A stretch of DNA of 64,000 bases from Octopus vulgaris (Eukaryota). The notes under the pieces were generated by a model. The model saw only the letters and a program-made list of their open reading frames with translations. It was not told the DNA's origin and searched no databases. Made by a program: the position numbers and the translations under genes. The stretch covers positions 67,952,001-68,016,000 of the forward strand of contig OX597823.1 of the NCBI GenBank assembly GCA_951406725.2, given 5' to 3'. This document shows positions 25,158 through 38,272 of this stretch, one piece after another. How positions within the stretch are numbered: the first letter of the stretch is position 1; each line of letters starts with the position of its first letter.

Positions 25158-27859
25158 ATAAGATAAACAGTAGAGTAACAGACATAGCATAACTAGTTGA
25201 ATAACAGACAAAATGCCAGGTGGTTTTTAGTTGTATTCCTTTATGTTCTGAGTTCAAACTACATTGGAGTAGGTTTAGCTTTCGTTTTTCCAGAGTTGAT
25301 AAAATCAGTACTAGTAGTCAACTACACATATTTTTCAACTTTGAGGCATTGCACCTATATTAGAAATCTATTAACAATGAAGAGCAGGAAATTTTTGTCT
25401 GCATAGTGGTTTTGATGAAGGCGGCAGTGTGGAAAGCCTGAAACTTAAAGTGCTGTGAATGTATCTTTTATTGTTCAGCAAATTCTTTACCAAATTCTTT
25501 ATGAAGAAAGTGAGGATGGACAGAAAAGTAAAACCTGACAGAAAAATATTAAAGTATTTGTATAAGCTTACAACACCATATTCAACATCTCCACAACTCC
25601 CCATTTCATAAACTCTAATGGATTTTCATATTGACTATGTATTTAAAATATAAGAAACACTGCATAGCAAATTCTGAATATCCCTTTCAGGGCCTAAAAT
25701 TAGTTCAACCATGAACATTTCTGATAATCTGCAAGGAACAAGAATATTCCACATTAGAATATTTCTTATATATCTTCAGTTACCCATCTACTACACAAAG
25801 GAGCATTCATGGCAAATGGTTAAGCAACTGATTTACTAACTTATATGAACCAATCTTCTACCATCAGTGGTTTACTAACATACTATGTCTTAACTTTTAT
25901 TGTTATTACATTAGTTTCTATAACTATGAATTTGCACTCTGTTACTAATTCTAAATATAATTGTATGTGAAATTAATCTCGTCATCTTTATCTTTCCTTC
26001 AATAGCTATTGAAAACATGATGTAGGCACTGCTATGTGGTTTAAGTGGCTCACTTGATACCATGTGCAATCTTACTTCTGGACACTGTTTATTGCCTTGT
26101 GTAGCCTACAGATGATATTGGGAAGAAAAAGATGTACAGAAATCCATAAAGTGTCAGTCTGCTTGCCTACTACATATCTACTTAGCTACTTATTTGTCTG
26201 TCTATATTCATGCATACATACAAACGTACATACATACACAGTCCAAAGAAATAGGAAATTAAAGTATGGTAGAAGCCATAGCCACTCATAATAAAAAGGA
26301 ATACTGGTGGAATGTCCTTGAGAAGAGCTCAATAAAATGTAAATATAATAGACCTGACATAGTAATTTGGTATAAAGAAGAGAAACTGCATAGCTGGTGG
26401 AAATCAGCTGTTCAGCAGATGTTAACATAAAGCTAAAGAGAGCAAAAAACAAAATACCTATGCTGGACTATTGAAGAAACTACAGCTACTCTATTCAGAT
26501 TACAAGTTCAGGTTTTTATCTATAATTAATGGGGCAATGTGATATCCAACATACTGCCTAAATACCAATCTAGAGAAATTAGGCCTCTCAAAACCAGAAA
26601 GGAGAAAGCTGATTCAAAGACTACAGATTCAAGCCATCACTGGAACAGTAAAAATCTGTAAAACTTTCCAGAAGTTTATCATTTAAGTAGATATGAGCAT
26701 GTCTAGACATGTAACTATATGCATGAGAATACATACATAAAACAAAACATACAAACCTGCACATATATATATGTACACACATACAAAAATATCCTGTTGA
26801 TGTTGTTGAAACTGCAATGAAGAGGTTTGAAACCAGCTTTTTCTTTGATGGTACGAAATCTTGAAATGAAATTGAATAATGACTGACTGACATATGTACA
26901 TACATGCACGTACATATGTACATACATACATATACACACTGCAAAATCATGAGTGATATCTCAGGTGCTTTAATACTAAATTACAGTATGAATGTTCAGG
27001 AGTACTTTTTTTGCATTTGTGAAACTTTTAGGAATACAAATTTGACTCAAACTGTTTAATGAAAATGTTCCTCCTCTATGACATCTGCTGAGTGTTCTTT
27101 TCTTTTGTTTTACACCTCTATGTATGTATGTGTATGTTTCACCTACTTATGTCAATGTATGCTATAAATATCATCATCATCATTTTTAATGTCCACTTTT
27201 CCATGCTTGCATGGTTCAGATAGAATTCACTGAAGTAGATCTTACATGGCCAGATGCTCAGTCTGTCACCAACACTCACCTAATGCTAAGACAAGGAGTC
27301 ACAAAAACACACATAAGCACACACAGACACACACATATACATGCACATGCTTACACATACACACACACGACAGGTTTTTTTCCAGTTTCCATCTACCAAA
27401 TCCACTCACAAGTCTTTGATCGACCTGGGGCTATAATAAAAGACATGCTCAAGGTGACATTCAGTGGGACTATGCAGTTGGGAAGCAGACTACTTAACCA
27501 CAGAGTAAGCATTGGTGAGTAAAAAATGGAAAAAAAATTTTTTTAATGAATGAAGTTCTTTGCATTGGGTTAATCAATACCTTGTTACTCTCTCCAATGG
27601 AAATGCAGTGAATTTTTGACTTGTTTGTTGGAAATGCGCAACCAAAGATGTCATCATTCCCAAATGTATGATATTAAAATATAAACTAATGATCCTTAAT
27701 CTGCCAGCTCTGATTTGAACATAAGCCAAAATTCTTGTTAACAAAATGTCCAAAGACAACCCAAATGAAATTGTAAGTATGATGATTAGCCTGACTTTAG
27801 CGTTATTTATTCTGTTGGTGGTACTCAAATACTTTTGAAATTTTTCAGGTCAATATGGA

Positions 27860-28760
27860 CAATTTAAACTTTTCCTTAGAAGTGGTAGATAGTTTCTATT
27901 ACTTAGGTGACCAAGTTAGCAGTGGAAGAGATAGTTCTGAAAGTGTAGTTGCTAGAATAAGAACAGACTGCACAAAGTTAAGAGAGCTGCTGCCCTCAGA
28001 GTGAAAGACAGATTGTAGGACGTCTGTGTATGAACAGCTATGCTACATGACAGTGAGATATGAATGAATAATGTCAGTATGCATATACAACAGAAAGTAA
28101 GTGATATGAGAGAAAAACTGGGTATACAAGGCATCAGTGCAAGAGAGAAGACTGCACTGGTATGGTCATGTGATATATATGAATAAGGACAGCTGCATCA
28201 AGAAGTGCTGATCTCTAATTGTTGAGGAAATTGGTGGAAGGGGTAGATCCAGGAAGATGTGGAACAAAGTGGTGAGAAAGGATCTTCAAACATTGGGCCT
28301 CACAGAGGAGATGACAAAGGATCAAGACTTTGGCAGTTCACTGCTCCTGAGAAGATATATCGAGCTAAGTAAAATCATGGCCATTCATGCATACAGGCAT
28401 GTCCTCTACATTGAAAGGTTCTAGTCTTGTGGGCTCGTGGGTGCTGGTACCATATAAAAACAACCATGTTGGTGCCACATCAAAATTCCCGTATCAGTAC
28501 TGTGTAAAAGTACCCATAACATGCCATGTACAAGCACCCATGATAGTGCCCTGTAAAAGCATCCAAGTCGTTGTCATGTTAAGAGCACCCATTACACTCT
28601 GTAAAGTGGTTAGCATTAGGAAGGGTATCCAGCCATAGAAAACATGCCAAAACAGACAAATGGAGCCTGAGCAGCTCTCCAGCTGGCCAGCTCCTGTCAC
28701 ACTGTCCTACTCATGCCAGCATGGAGAACGGATGTTAAACAATGAGGATGACAATGATAA
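27860..28760 (+). mobile_element. 5'-truncated decayed RTE-clade LINE with 3' UTR and tail
   Basis: Translated remnants LEVVDSFYYLGDQVSSG, VVARIR, VQERRLHWYGHV, GRGRSRKMW, followed by the gtaaaagcacc repeats, ggttagcattaggaagggtatccagc and a (GAT)-like tail. Confidence 0.85.
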
Positions 28761-31700
28761 CTTTGACCGAATTCTAGGAACATAATATTTTTTTAAAAAA
28801 TGGGAATTTTGATTCCTTTATTGAATAAATTCACAAAAGAGGGAAGATAATGAGCATTTAGTCATGTTTTCTGGGGATTTGGAATTAAATTTCAGAAAAT
28901 AAATCTTTTGTAATTCAGACAATTTTACTATTGATGCTGGTGCAGTAAGATTCAGTATAGCTTGATGTCTGCTGCCTTATAGAAAACAGTAGGTATCTTA
29001 TGGACCATATGTAGGAATTGTCATATACATAGATAAATGTGTCTTTAATACTAGCTGAAGTAGGTGTCTTTACATATTTTTGTTTTGAACACATTAAAAA
29101 TAGCTGTCAAACCACCCATAAATCACACACTGCTACCTTCTAAGAAAAGGATATATTGAGTAATGGAATTCTTGATATACAAAATGATAGAATGTAGAGT
29201 ATCAGCTTTAATTCCTTTGATCATAGATCTGATAGCTTAGGATCGACCTTGAATAAAAATAACAGCATTTAAGTCTAATGGCTACAAACTCAATGTCTGA
29301 ACTCAAAAGGACTTTTTTAAAAAAATGAGCAAAGGAACACTATATTAAATTAGACTGATTAGTCTTGCTCAAGTGAGCAACTACTTCTAAAGAAAATAGA
29401 TATTTTTAGATGACCAATGCCATGTTAATGGAATTTAGTATATGAAGAATGTGAAGAAGTATGTTGGGAGTCTAGCACCTATCTATGGGATTGAAATATT
29501 TACAGCCCCTGAATTGGACAACACCACTTAGTACCACGGGTCCTTCTTTCCTTACCTAGGGTATGGAGCCAATGATACAACAATTTAAAATTCAAGAGGC
29601 AACAGTTTTTCAGTATCTTTTCAAAAACCTCGGAGATCTATGAGATGTAAATGCAGATGTGTTCCAAAAAAATTTTTTTTTGAGATACTGGATGAACTCG
29701 AATATATGTGCGTATGTGTGTGTATACATACATATATATATGCATACTTCTATATTATGTACATGTATGTATGTGCTGTAATGTATCATTGATGTTTTGT
29801 AAAAATTGTATCGTAATGGAGTTGAAGAAGCCTAAATTGGTTTGTACTTATAAGCAGATTGATTGGGAGGTTTTTCATTATAGAAGCAATGCAAGCATAG
29901 GTTAAGTATGGCTAACTACCAAGCACAAGTAGTTACAAATGCATGAACTGTGATCTCATTTGTATAGAAGTGTGTTGATACAGTTTGGCATTGGCTGCTC
30001 TGTAAAATATAACCATCATCTTGATCATTGACCATCTTATTCTATGAGGCCCAGCATGCTGACATGTGTTCTTCTTCTGCCAGGTGTGTAAACTATTGAT
30101 GATACACCTCATGCTGTCCTCCGGCACTTATTGTACATTCATATCACATACAAGTGCAGTTGTCAGTTCTGTAAACTTCAGCTGAGGTCTGTCACATGCA
30201 AATTTGCTTTCTCAGCTTGCTTACACTCTGGTTTTCATGCATGTCAACAATAGATATCAGACAGATCATGCTCAGCTCATTTCTCTCCAACTTCCACAGA
30301 CTTGCCTAATTCAATACTCATGTATTACAAATTTGGCACATGCTACATCCAGCCTACGTTTTTGGAGAGGGAGAGAAAGAAGGAGAAAAGAGAGAGAGAG
30401 AGTAACTTTCTACCACCCCCTTCTTTACATTAACATCTTTACTTCTACTACAAGCATTTGTAACATTAATTAAATTACAAAGATAAAACTACATATAGAA
30501 AGCCACATAAGTTTCCAGTTACACAATGTGATAAAGTAATAAAAGTTAAAACAAGAACTAGGAGGAAAGCATGTTCACACTCATTTACTATCTAGAAATT
30601 TCTCTATGCAATTAGACGTTAAAGCATTTGGACATTTAATTCAAATACTCAAAGAAGCAGATTAAATAAATTTTATACAGAAAACTTGAAAATTGGAAAA
30701 GAATGGTATGCCTATTGAAATTATATTTCAATAGCTTCAAAGGAAAGAATTAGCTTTTAGTTACAATGTTTCAAAAAATTAAGATTAGTCAATTAAAAAA
30801 AGATTGACACTAAGAAACATCTTGTAATTATATGCCTAGGATATATACCAATTTGCTATAAAAAATTATATATATCAACTAGTTCCATTACCCACCACCT
30901 AGTCCTTCATGATTGAGTGAATAGCCATAGAAAAGGCTTCTAAACAATTGACTCAACACGAAAACGAAATTACCCAAGGAAAAACAAATGAATGTAAAAA
31001 AGAGAGAGAGAGAGAGAAGCGGGGAAGATAGATGTTAAGTGAATAAGATTGTTGCTGAAGAAAATTTCAAAAGATAGAAAATAGATGAAATAAGCTGATA
31101 GACCAGAAGATATGGTAAGATATGACAGAAACTGGAATTTAATGATAAGAATGTAGTTAGTTTTTGAAGTGACTTATTGTAAATAATGGCACTGTCTACA
31201 GTGGCAAGCTGATAGAATCGTTAAGATGATGGGCAAAATACATAGCAGTATTTCATCCATTTTAACAGTTTGAGTTCAAATTCTACCAAGGTTACTTCGC
31301 ATTTCATTCTTTCACAGTTGATACAAAAAGTATGCACTGGCTTAAGAACGAAATTTGCTTTGGGGGTGCAAACCCAGATCCCAAATTTTTTTTACAAACA
31401 AAGTCTTGTTGTTTTATTTATTATTGTTCTTTGTTCTTTAAGAAGAAATCTAACTTTACAGATTACATTTTACACATTGTTTTCTAAACCTGAGGAAAGT
31501 AAGAAGAGGTGCAAAAATTTCAGGAGGTACACTTGCACCTCCTGCATCCCCTATTCCTAGGCCCATGTAAGTACCAGTTGAACACTGGGGTTGATGTAAT
31601 TGATTTACCCACTCCCTCAAACTGCTGGCCTTGTACCAAAATTTGAAACCAATATTGGTATTTTATCTTTACTATTAGCTAATGCGATACCTCAGATACC

Positions 31701-32620
31701 CTTTCTCTTCTCAGAATTACATTATCTATACACGATTTTGCTGGCAGCTTGTTTGAATTGTTAACTTATTATGTATGTGCCTATGTATTTTTATAGATAA
31801 TGTAACATACTTGGTAACTCTGTTAGTGATGGTACTATGTAAAAAGCACTGGTTATGTAAAAAACAGCCAGTACACTCTGTAAAGTGGTTAGCATTAGGA
31901 AGGCTACCCAGCTGTAGAAGTCATGCCAAACCAGAAAACTGAGTCTGTCAAACTACCCAACACATGCCAGCATAGAAAACAGACATTAAATATTGATGAT
32001 AATTAAGATCATCCATGTATGTGTAAGAGTGAGTGTGACACAAGGGGAGGAGAGATTGTTATTCATTTTCATGTCTCTTGTTAGTCATTTCATCTCTTCA
32101 CTGATGTACAAAGTAATGGACAGAAATCTTCTCTTTATTCAACATTTCTCTTTGTCTTTCACTGTAAATATGCATACACACAATAGCTATTTACTGTTCA
32201 TTTCTTCACTCTGAGTAAACTCCTCCCCCACTCTCAACAGTAGTTTCTGTCATCCTCTCTCTATATAAATACACATGCTACCTATTGTTTACTTCCTCTC
32301 TCTCTCTATGTAAGCACATACAGTAGTAAGTAAAAGCCACTCTCATTCTCTGTCTCTGTAAACACACAAAAACATAGCTGTTGTTCATTGATTAGTGTGT
32401 TCTGTATCTAAAATCACAAGAGAAGGAAGACAACTGATTGCCAACTTTCACACATATGAAATTTTGCTTCAGGTAAACAATCTCAAAAGTTGGGCATCCC
32501 TGAATATTTCCACCCACTTCCAAGTCATTCAGTTAAGTTGTCAACACCAATCAGTGTTTATTCATTTAAACTGTATACATCTTTCAGTTATATAAGGTCA
32601 CACAAGATCAGTAAGACTAT

Positions 32621-32663
32621 GTTTTACTGAGGAGGTCTATTAAGACTGAAACATGTCTGAAGT
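32621..32663 (+). ncRNA. Second minimal type I hammerhead ribozyme motif, probable Penelope-like element remnant
   Basis: GUUUUA-CUGAGGA-GGUC(UAUUAA)GACU-GAAA-CAUGUC-UGAAGU: intact core, palindromic ACAUGU stem III, GUC triplet, wobble-rich stem I. Confidence 0.62.
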
Positions 32664-33769
32664 TGTCATGCACTATTGTCTATTTTTTAATTACTTTTTA
32701 TTAATTCAAATCTTTAGTTTGTCGCTCTTAAATTAATAATTAAAACATAATTAATCCTCAAACTAATGATTTAACTCCCCAGTAACAATGCAACTGTAAT
32801 TTATCAACATTTCTTGGATCACTATATTAGCACCAACTTTAATAAAATATAAACAAGAATAATTTATTGATGCAAACTATTGGGAATTGTTTTCTCAGTG
32901 AAAAAAAAAATCCAACTATAAATAAGCTGTAAAAGAAATATCTATTCTATGTGAGTCTATCTGAGAAAAAGTCATTGTTATAACTTTTAATAGTGGTACC
33001 TACTTATTCAGAAGCTAATCTTTCATTTTATATAATTCATCTTGTGGGATTTTCTTTTATTGCTCTTCATCCATTATGACACTGTCATCAATGGAATTTT
33101 GTTAGAACAATTATTTTTTATTGCTGCATAAGATTTCTAGAATGAACAACTCAACTGTGAAATAAGAGTAAAACCTTTTACATTTTTTTGTCAGCAAAGT
33201 AAACTAGAACAACATTGAATACATTGACTAGGTATGTAACAGAATAATCAAATTCATCTTTGTGTAGTCAGTTGTGTAAAAGCATACTCTCATAGCCAAG
33301 ATGTTTTATGAATTGTCAAGAACAAAAGATGATAAAACTTATAAATACATCATACTTAAAATTTTACACTTTGGGGGACTTCCTTTAGAAAAAAAATTCA
33401 TGCTATTATTGAAAAGTCAGTTGAAAGAGTTGTATAAAGCTAGAGTTCTTTTTTATTACATTTTGAAACATTTTCTTACACGAGAGAATTTTAAAAAATG
33501 TTTCCAGTTCAAAATATTTACATACTGTAAAAGGGGCTCTTTAGGAAATAAGATCTGTAAATAGTTTCAAATAATAAGGAGTATTTAAACAGTCTAATCA
33601 TAAGCAGTTTACCTAGATTGAAGTGGATAAAAAATGATGAAATACAGTAAACTTTCACTGTCTGTCTGTCTGTCTCTCTCTCTCTATATATATATGCATA
33701 TATATGTTTATATGTGAGTGAGTGTGTGTATGTGCATGCACATTTGTGTGTGTATGTGTGCGTGTATTA

Positions 33770-34125
33770 CCTTTCATTTGTTTCAGATTTTGGACTATAG
33801 CCATGGTGCTGGGCCACCATATTGAAGGATTTATTTGAACAAATCTACCCCAGTATTTATTTTTTTATTTATAAACCTGGTACCTTTGCCAAACATAAAC
33901 AAACCAACACCAGCTGTTAAGTAATGGAAAAGTACAACACAAAGACACATGCATGCACACGTGCACACACAACTTCTTTTAGTTTGTGTATTGCCAAATC
34001 CATGCACAAAGCTTTGGTTGGCCTGGAGCAAAAGTAGAAGAAAACACTAGGCCACTGCATAATGGGGCTGAACCCAGAACCATGTGGTTGAGATGTAGAC
34101 TTACTACAAAGCTACAACTATGACT
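33770..34125 (-). mobile_element. SINE family A, diverged
   Basis: Recognisable ctgaacccagaaccatgtggtt and ccaaatcc..caaagctttgg blocks. Confidence 0.7.
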
Positions 34126-34564
34126 CTGTGGTGTGTGTATGTGTGTGTGTGTGTGTGTGCATATATTTATAAATGAATACATATATATAAGCATACAAAT
34201 ATATATATATATATATATATGCAGCCAGGTGGAGCCTGGCTGCACCAGGCTCCAATCTTGATCTGGCAGAGTTTTTTTTTTTCTGTAGAAACTCTGCCAG
34301 ATCAAGATTGGAGCCTGGTGCAGCCATCTGGTTCGCCAGCCCTCACTCAAAATCGTCCAACCCATGCTAGCATGGAAAGCAGACGTTAAACGATGATGAT
34401 GATGATGATGATGATGCAAACATACATTAGTATATATTTATATATAGACTTTTATATAAATATTTGTGTGTGTAAACAAACACACACACACGTGTGTGTG
34501 TGTATGTAAGTATAATAAAACTTGAAGATATTCGTAAATCCTCTGAGTAAATAAATTATCTTAC

Positions 34565-34646
34565 CACTTCTGTCTGCTGCCCCACCACGGAGAATTCTGG
34601 CGATTTCTAAGCTCTGTTTTTTCTCATTTTTTTGTATAGTTGCACC
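34565..34646 (-). CDS. MPP7: Internal exon of MPP7-like MAGUK p55 protein: PDZ N-terminal half (GATIQKNEKKQSLEIARILRGGAADRS+G)
   Basis: 82 nt, acceptor tcatttcag, donor gtaag, phase 0 to 1. The peptide matches the MPP7/MPP3 PDZ motif GATIKK..IVARIMRGGAADRSG. The ortholog name is from recalled similarity and is untested. Confidence 0.9.
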
Positions 34647-34951
34647 CTGAAATGACAATTATTGATAAATATAGTCACAGACTTAGAAATAACTTTGGAT
34701 CAATAAGTTCAAAATAATTCATGTATTCATGTATATTTCCAAGGAGATAGACCAATGATAGTTTTAGTGTTATAAAAGGATTTATATGTCTTTTAATAAT
34801 TCTTGTACACTGAACCTTAAAGATATCTCTCTTATTTCTTCACCAACAAGCAAACCAGAATATACATCAACAGAACTTTACACACACACACACACAACAC
34901 ATATATACACACATACAAATTATACAAATGTACAATATATCTATCTATCTA

Positions 34952-34985
<34 letters not shown>

Positions 34986-36959
34986 CATATATATATATAT
35001 ATACACAATATATATGTTACACACATATATATATATATATACAAATTATACAAAGATATATATATATATGTACAATATATATGTTACACATGAACACACA
35101 CACATGCTTATAGACATACTGAGTTAAATAGCGCAAAAATATATCAGTAGTAGATGAAAATTGTTCAGCAGCTGATTGTAAATGTGTGTGTGTGTAGATG
35201 CACACACACACATATACACCTGTACAAATATGTGTATATCTATCTATCTGTATTATTCACACACACAAACACACACAGACACACATATATGTTCATAAAT
35301 ATGTGAGAATATGTGCATGCATGGGTATGCAAGTTTGTCTCCATTTTTCTTTTGTATTGACATGACTTGATTTATGTAGCAGTTCATGTCTCACTTAAAA
35401 AAATATGTCAGTAAGTCAAAGAGCAAACACTAAATACAGTGCTTTTACAATACAACTTCTCAAGAGGACACACATGCATATCTGGATTTAGGAATCCTAT
35501 TGCTACCAATGAAAATTACACATTTAGATACAAGTACATGCCTTGACATAATATGATATATACTGCTGTACAATTTAAAAGGTTTTGTTGATATTTTATC
35601 AACTTCAAAATTATTCCCAAAATCCTTTGCTACTTAAGGCACAGAGTTATTATGAGTTTCACTTTATTTTGAAAATGGTATTGAAAGTTTAAAAATTTGA
35701 TATGAATGTCATCATTCTAAATAAAAGATATAGTACTACAAGGCAACAAGAAAAATTATGTGTATATATGGACTTATGCATATGTATATTATATATATAT
35801 ATATATATATGCACACACACACACAAACACACACTCATGCATATACAAACACACACACATGCACACAAATAAATAAGTAGCAGCATAGTTCAAAATGTGT
35901 GTGTGTGTGTGCATGCATGCAAGCATGCATGTGTGCATATAAATATTTATAAAGTTCCTCCTGGTTTCTTCCAGCACTTCAAAACCTTTTACCATTTTAA
36001 GACTGCTGCTCTGTTTTCATGAATAATGTGAAGATTATATAGTGTTGAATATAATATATATTGAATTAATATATTTCCTGACATAAAAGTGAAGTTGAGA
36101 AAGGATGTGATGCTGTGATGATCTTCCATTATATAAGCCTTTGGAATTATAAACTGGACGATCATCACAATCGCACTTACTTTTAGGAAAGGAAAAGGCA
36201 TGGTTCCAAATAAGAATCATAAATTTTATTACAGACAAACACGAATCATAAATTGTGTTATAGAGTCAGCTAACTGGTAGCTTATTCCTGCTGTAAGTCA
36301 CATATAACTAGCTATTAAATAAGCTGCAATGTATTTTGTGATATAATACTTCAGTTTGTGTAGCTTTCATGTTGGAGGTACTGGATGATCTGGGGATATT
36401 CCTGGTTTGAGATCTGATAACCTATCCAGGTGTAAATTTATTTCCCATCTACTTAACATCAAAAATCTAGAGATAAATTCTGGCCCTATAATTCCCTAGA
36501 GCTTATCGAATATTCACATTACAATGATTGACTACAAATGATTTCTGAAGGGAAATCTATTATAATTATACTATCATTTTTGAATAGCTTATTCAAAGAA
36601 GAAGGACAATACACAAGATCCTTTGGAGAGTATCCATAATATAGATGAGAAGAGAAAGGGGGGTTTTATTAGATCAGAGACCTGACTGAAATGCTTGGAA
36701 AGAAATTCCATCTTCTAAAAGTTACTCAAGGGACTTGTGAGGATGTTAAACTGAGGATCAGACTCAGTCCAGCATCTCCGAAATGGTAACACTCTCCCTG
36801 ATAGGCTTCTACAGTTTCACAACTAAATTTCAATCACAAAGCTTTCATTGAGCCAAGGTTAGGATAAGGAACTGCACAATGAGATTGAGCACCAAACAAA
36901 GCAGTTTTGAAGCAAACTTCTTAACCACAAAGCCATACGAGTATTAAACATACTTTTGC

Positions 36960-37458
36960 ATGCTGATAACCTTGCTCTCAGTTCTCAAAGTAAACCCATC
37001 AAAGACAACAACTTTTGTTAGCAGAAAAGGAGACACAAGTCTGCAGTTGTCAGGGATGTGGCCACACTCAACATGCACAAAAGGACATCGTACGAACTTT
37101 GAACTGTGCACTAAATGTAGATTATGGGTGTACAGGAGATGCAGTAGCTTTGCAGGTGGGCTAACAGAGAAGAAGGACTTTATATGTGGTAGATGCACAA
37201 ATATAGATAGCAGCAGAAGCACTCATTAAATTAATTCTTTCAAATGCTTAGAGTGCACACCTAGAAGAAATTGTTACTCTTTTACTCTTCTACTTGTTTC
37301 AGTCATTTGACTGTGGCTATACTGAAGCACCACCTTTAGTCGAGCAAATCGACCCCAGGACTTATTCTTTGTAAGCCTGGTACTTATTCTATTGGTCTCT
37401 TTTGCCGAACTGTTAAGTTACAGGGACAAACACAGACACACAAACATATACACACACT

Positions 37459-37498
<40 letters not shown>

Positions 37499-37935
37499 TA
37501 TATATGACGGGCTTCTTTCAGTTTCTGTCTACCAAATCTACTCACAAGCCTTTGATCAGCCTGAGGCTATAGTAGAATACACTTGCCCAAGGTGCCACAC
37601 AGTGGGACTGAACCTGGAACCATGTGGCTGGTAAGCAAGCTACATACCACACAGCCATTCCTGCACCTATATATCTTTTTATTATCAACAATGTGATGTG
37701 ATTGAAGGATGACAACTGTTAAAGAAGTGCCAAGCAATCCAACTGGCAGGAATCTATAAAGGACAAAGACTGAGGAAGATATGGAAAGAAGTGGTGCAAG
37801 GTCATCTCAAGAAGCTGAACCTCTTGAAGGATATGTTAAAGGGCCAATAGAAATAGTGATTGTGGAGCAATATGCTGGGGGAAGATCTCATCAACCAAAG
37901 CAAGCATGAGGTAAATGTTAAAAGGAAAAGATGAT
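36960..37935 (+). mobile_element. Decayed RTE-clade LINE fragment with a PHD-like Cys-rich insert, split by SINE A
   Basis: LKVNPSKT..WPHSTCTKG..LCTKCRLWVYRRCS..LTEKKDFICGRC. The C-terminal region and tail resume at ~37690. Confidence 0.75.
37277..37668 (-). mobile_element. SINE family A inserted into an RTE LINE fragment
   Basis: High identity to family A with an internal deletion. RTE-like sequence lies on both sides. Confidence 0.85.
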
Positions 37936-38272
37936 GTTGATTATTATTATTGTTATTCAAAGTTGTTGTTGTTGTTCCTATTATTGTAGTTGTTGTTGTT
38001 ATTACCATAATTATGGTTGTTGTTGTTGTCGATATTATAATTATCATTATCAAAGTGGCAAGCTTGCAGAATCCATGGTGCATTAGACAAAATGCTTAGT
38101 AGCATTTCTTCCAGTTCTTTATGTTCTGAGTTCAAACACCACAAAAGGTCAACTTTGTCTTTCATCCTTTTGGGGGTTGATAAAATAAGTACTAGTCAAG
38201 TACTGGGTTTGATGTAATTAACTGACACCTTTGCCCTAAAACTACTGGCCTTGTGCTTATCATTATTATTAT

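Noticed and set aside
25755-25782. CUGAAGA...GAAA on the minus strand
   Set aside because: No stable stem II or stem I. A chance match in AT-rich sequence.
29700-30190. Two convergent stretches faintly like Tc1 transposase N-termini
   Set aside because: Too degraded to call by eye and no TIRs were found. It needs a tBLASTx or nhmmer search.
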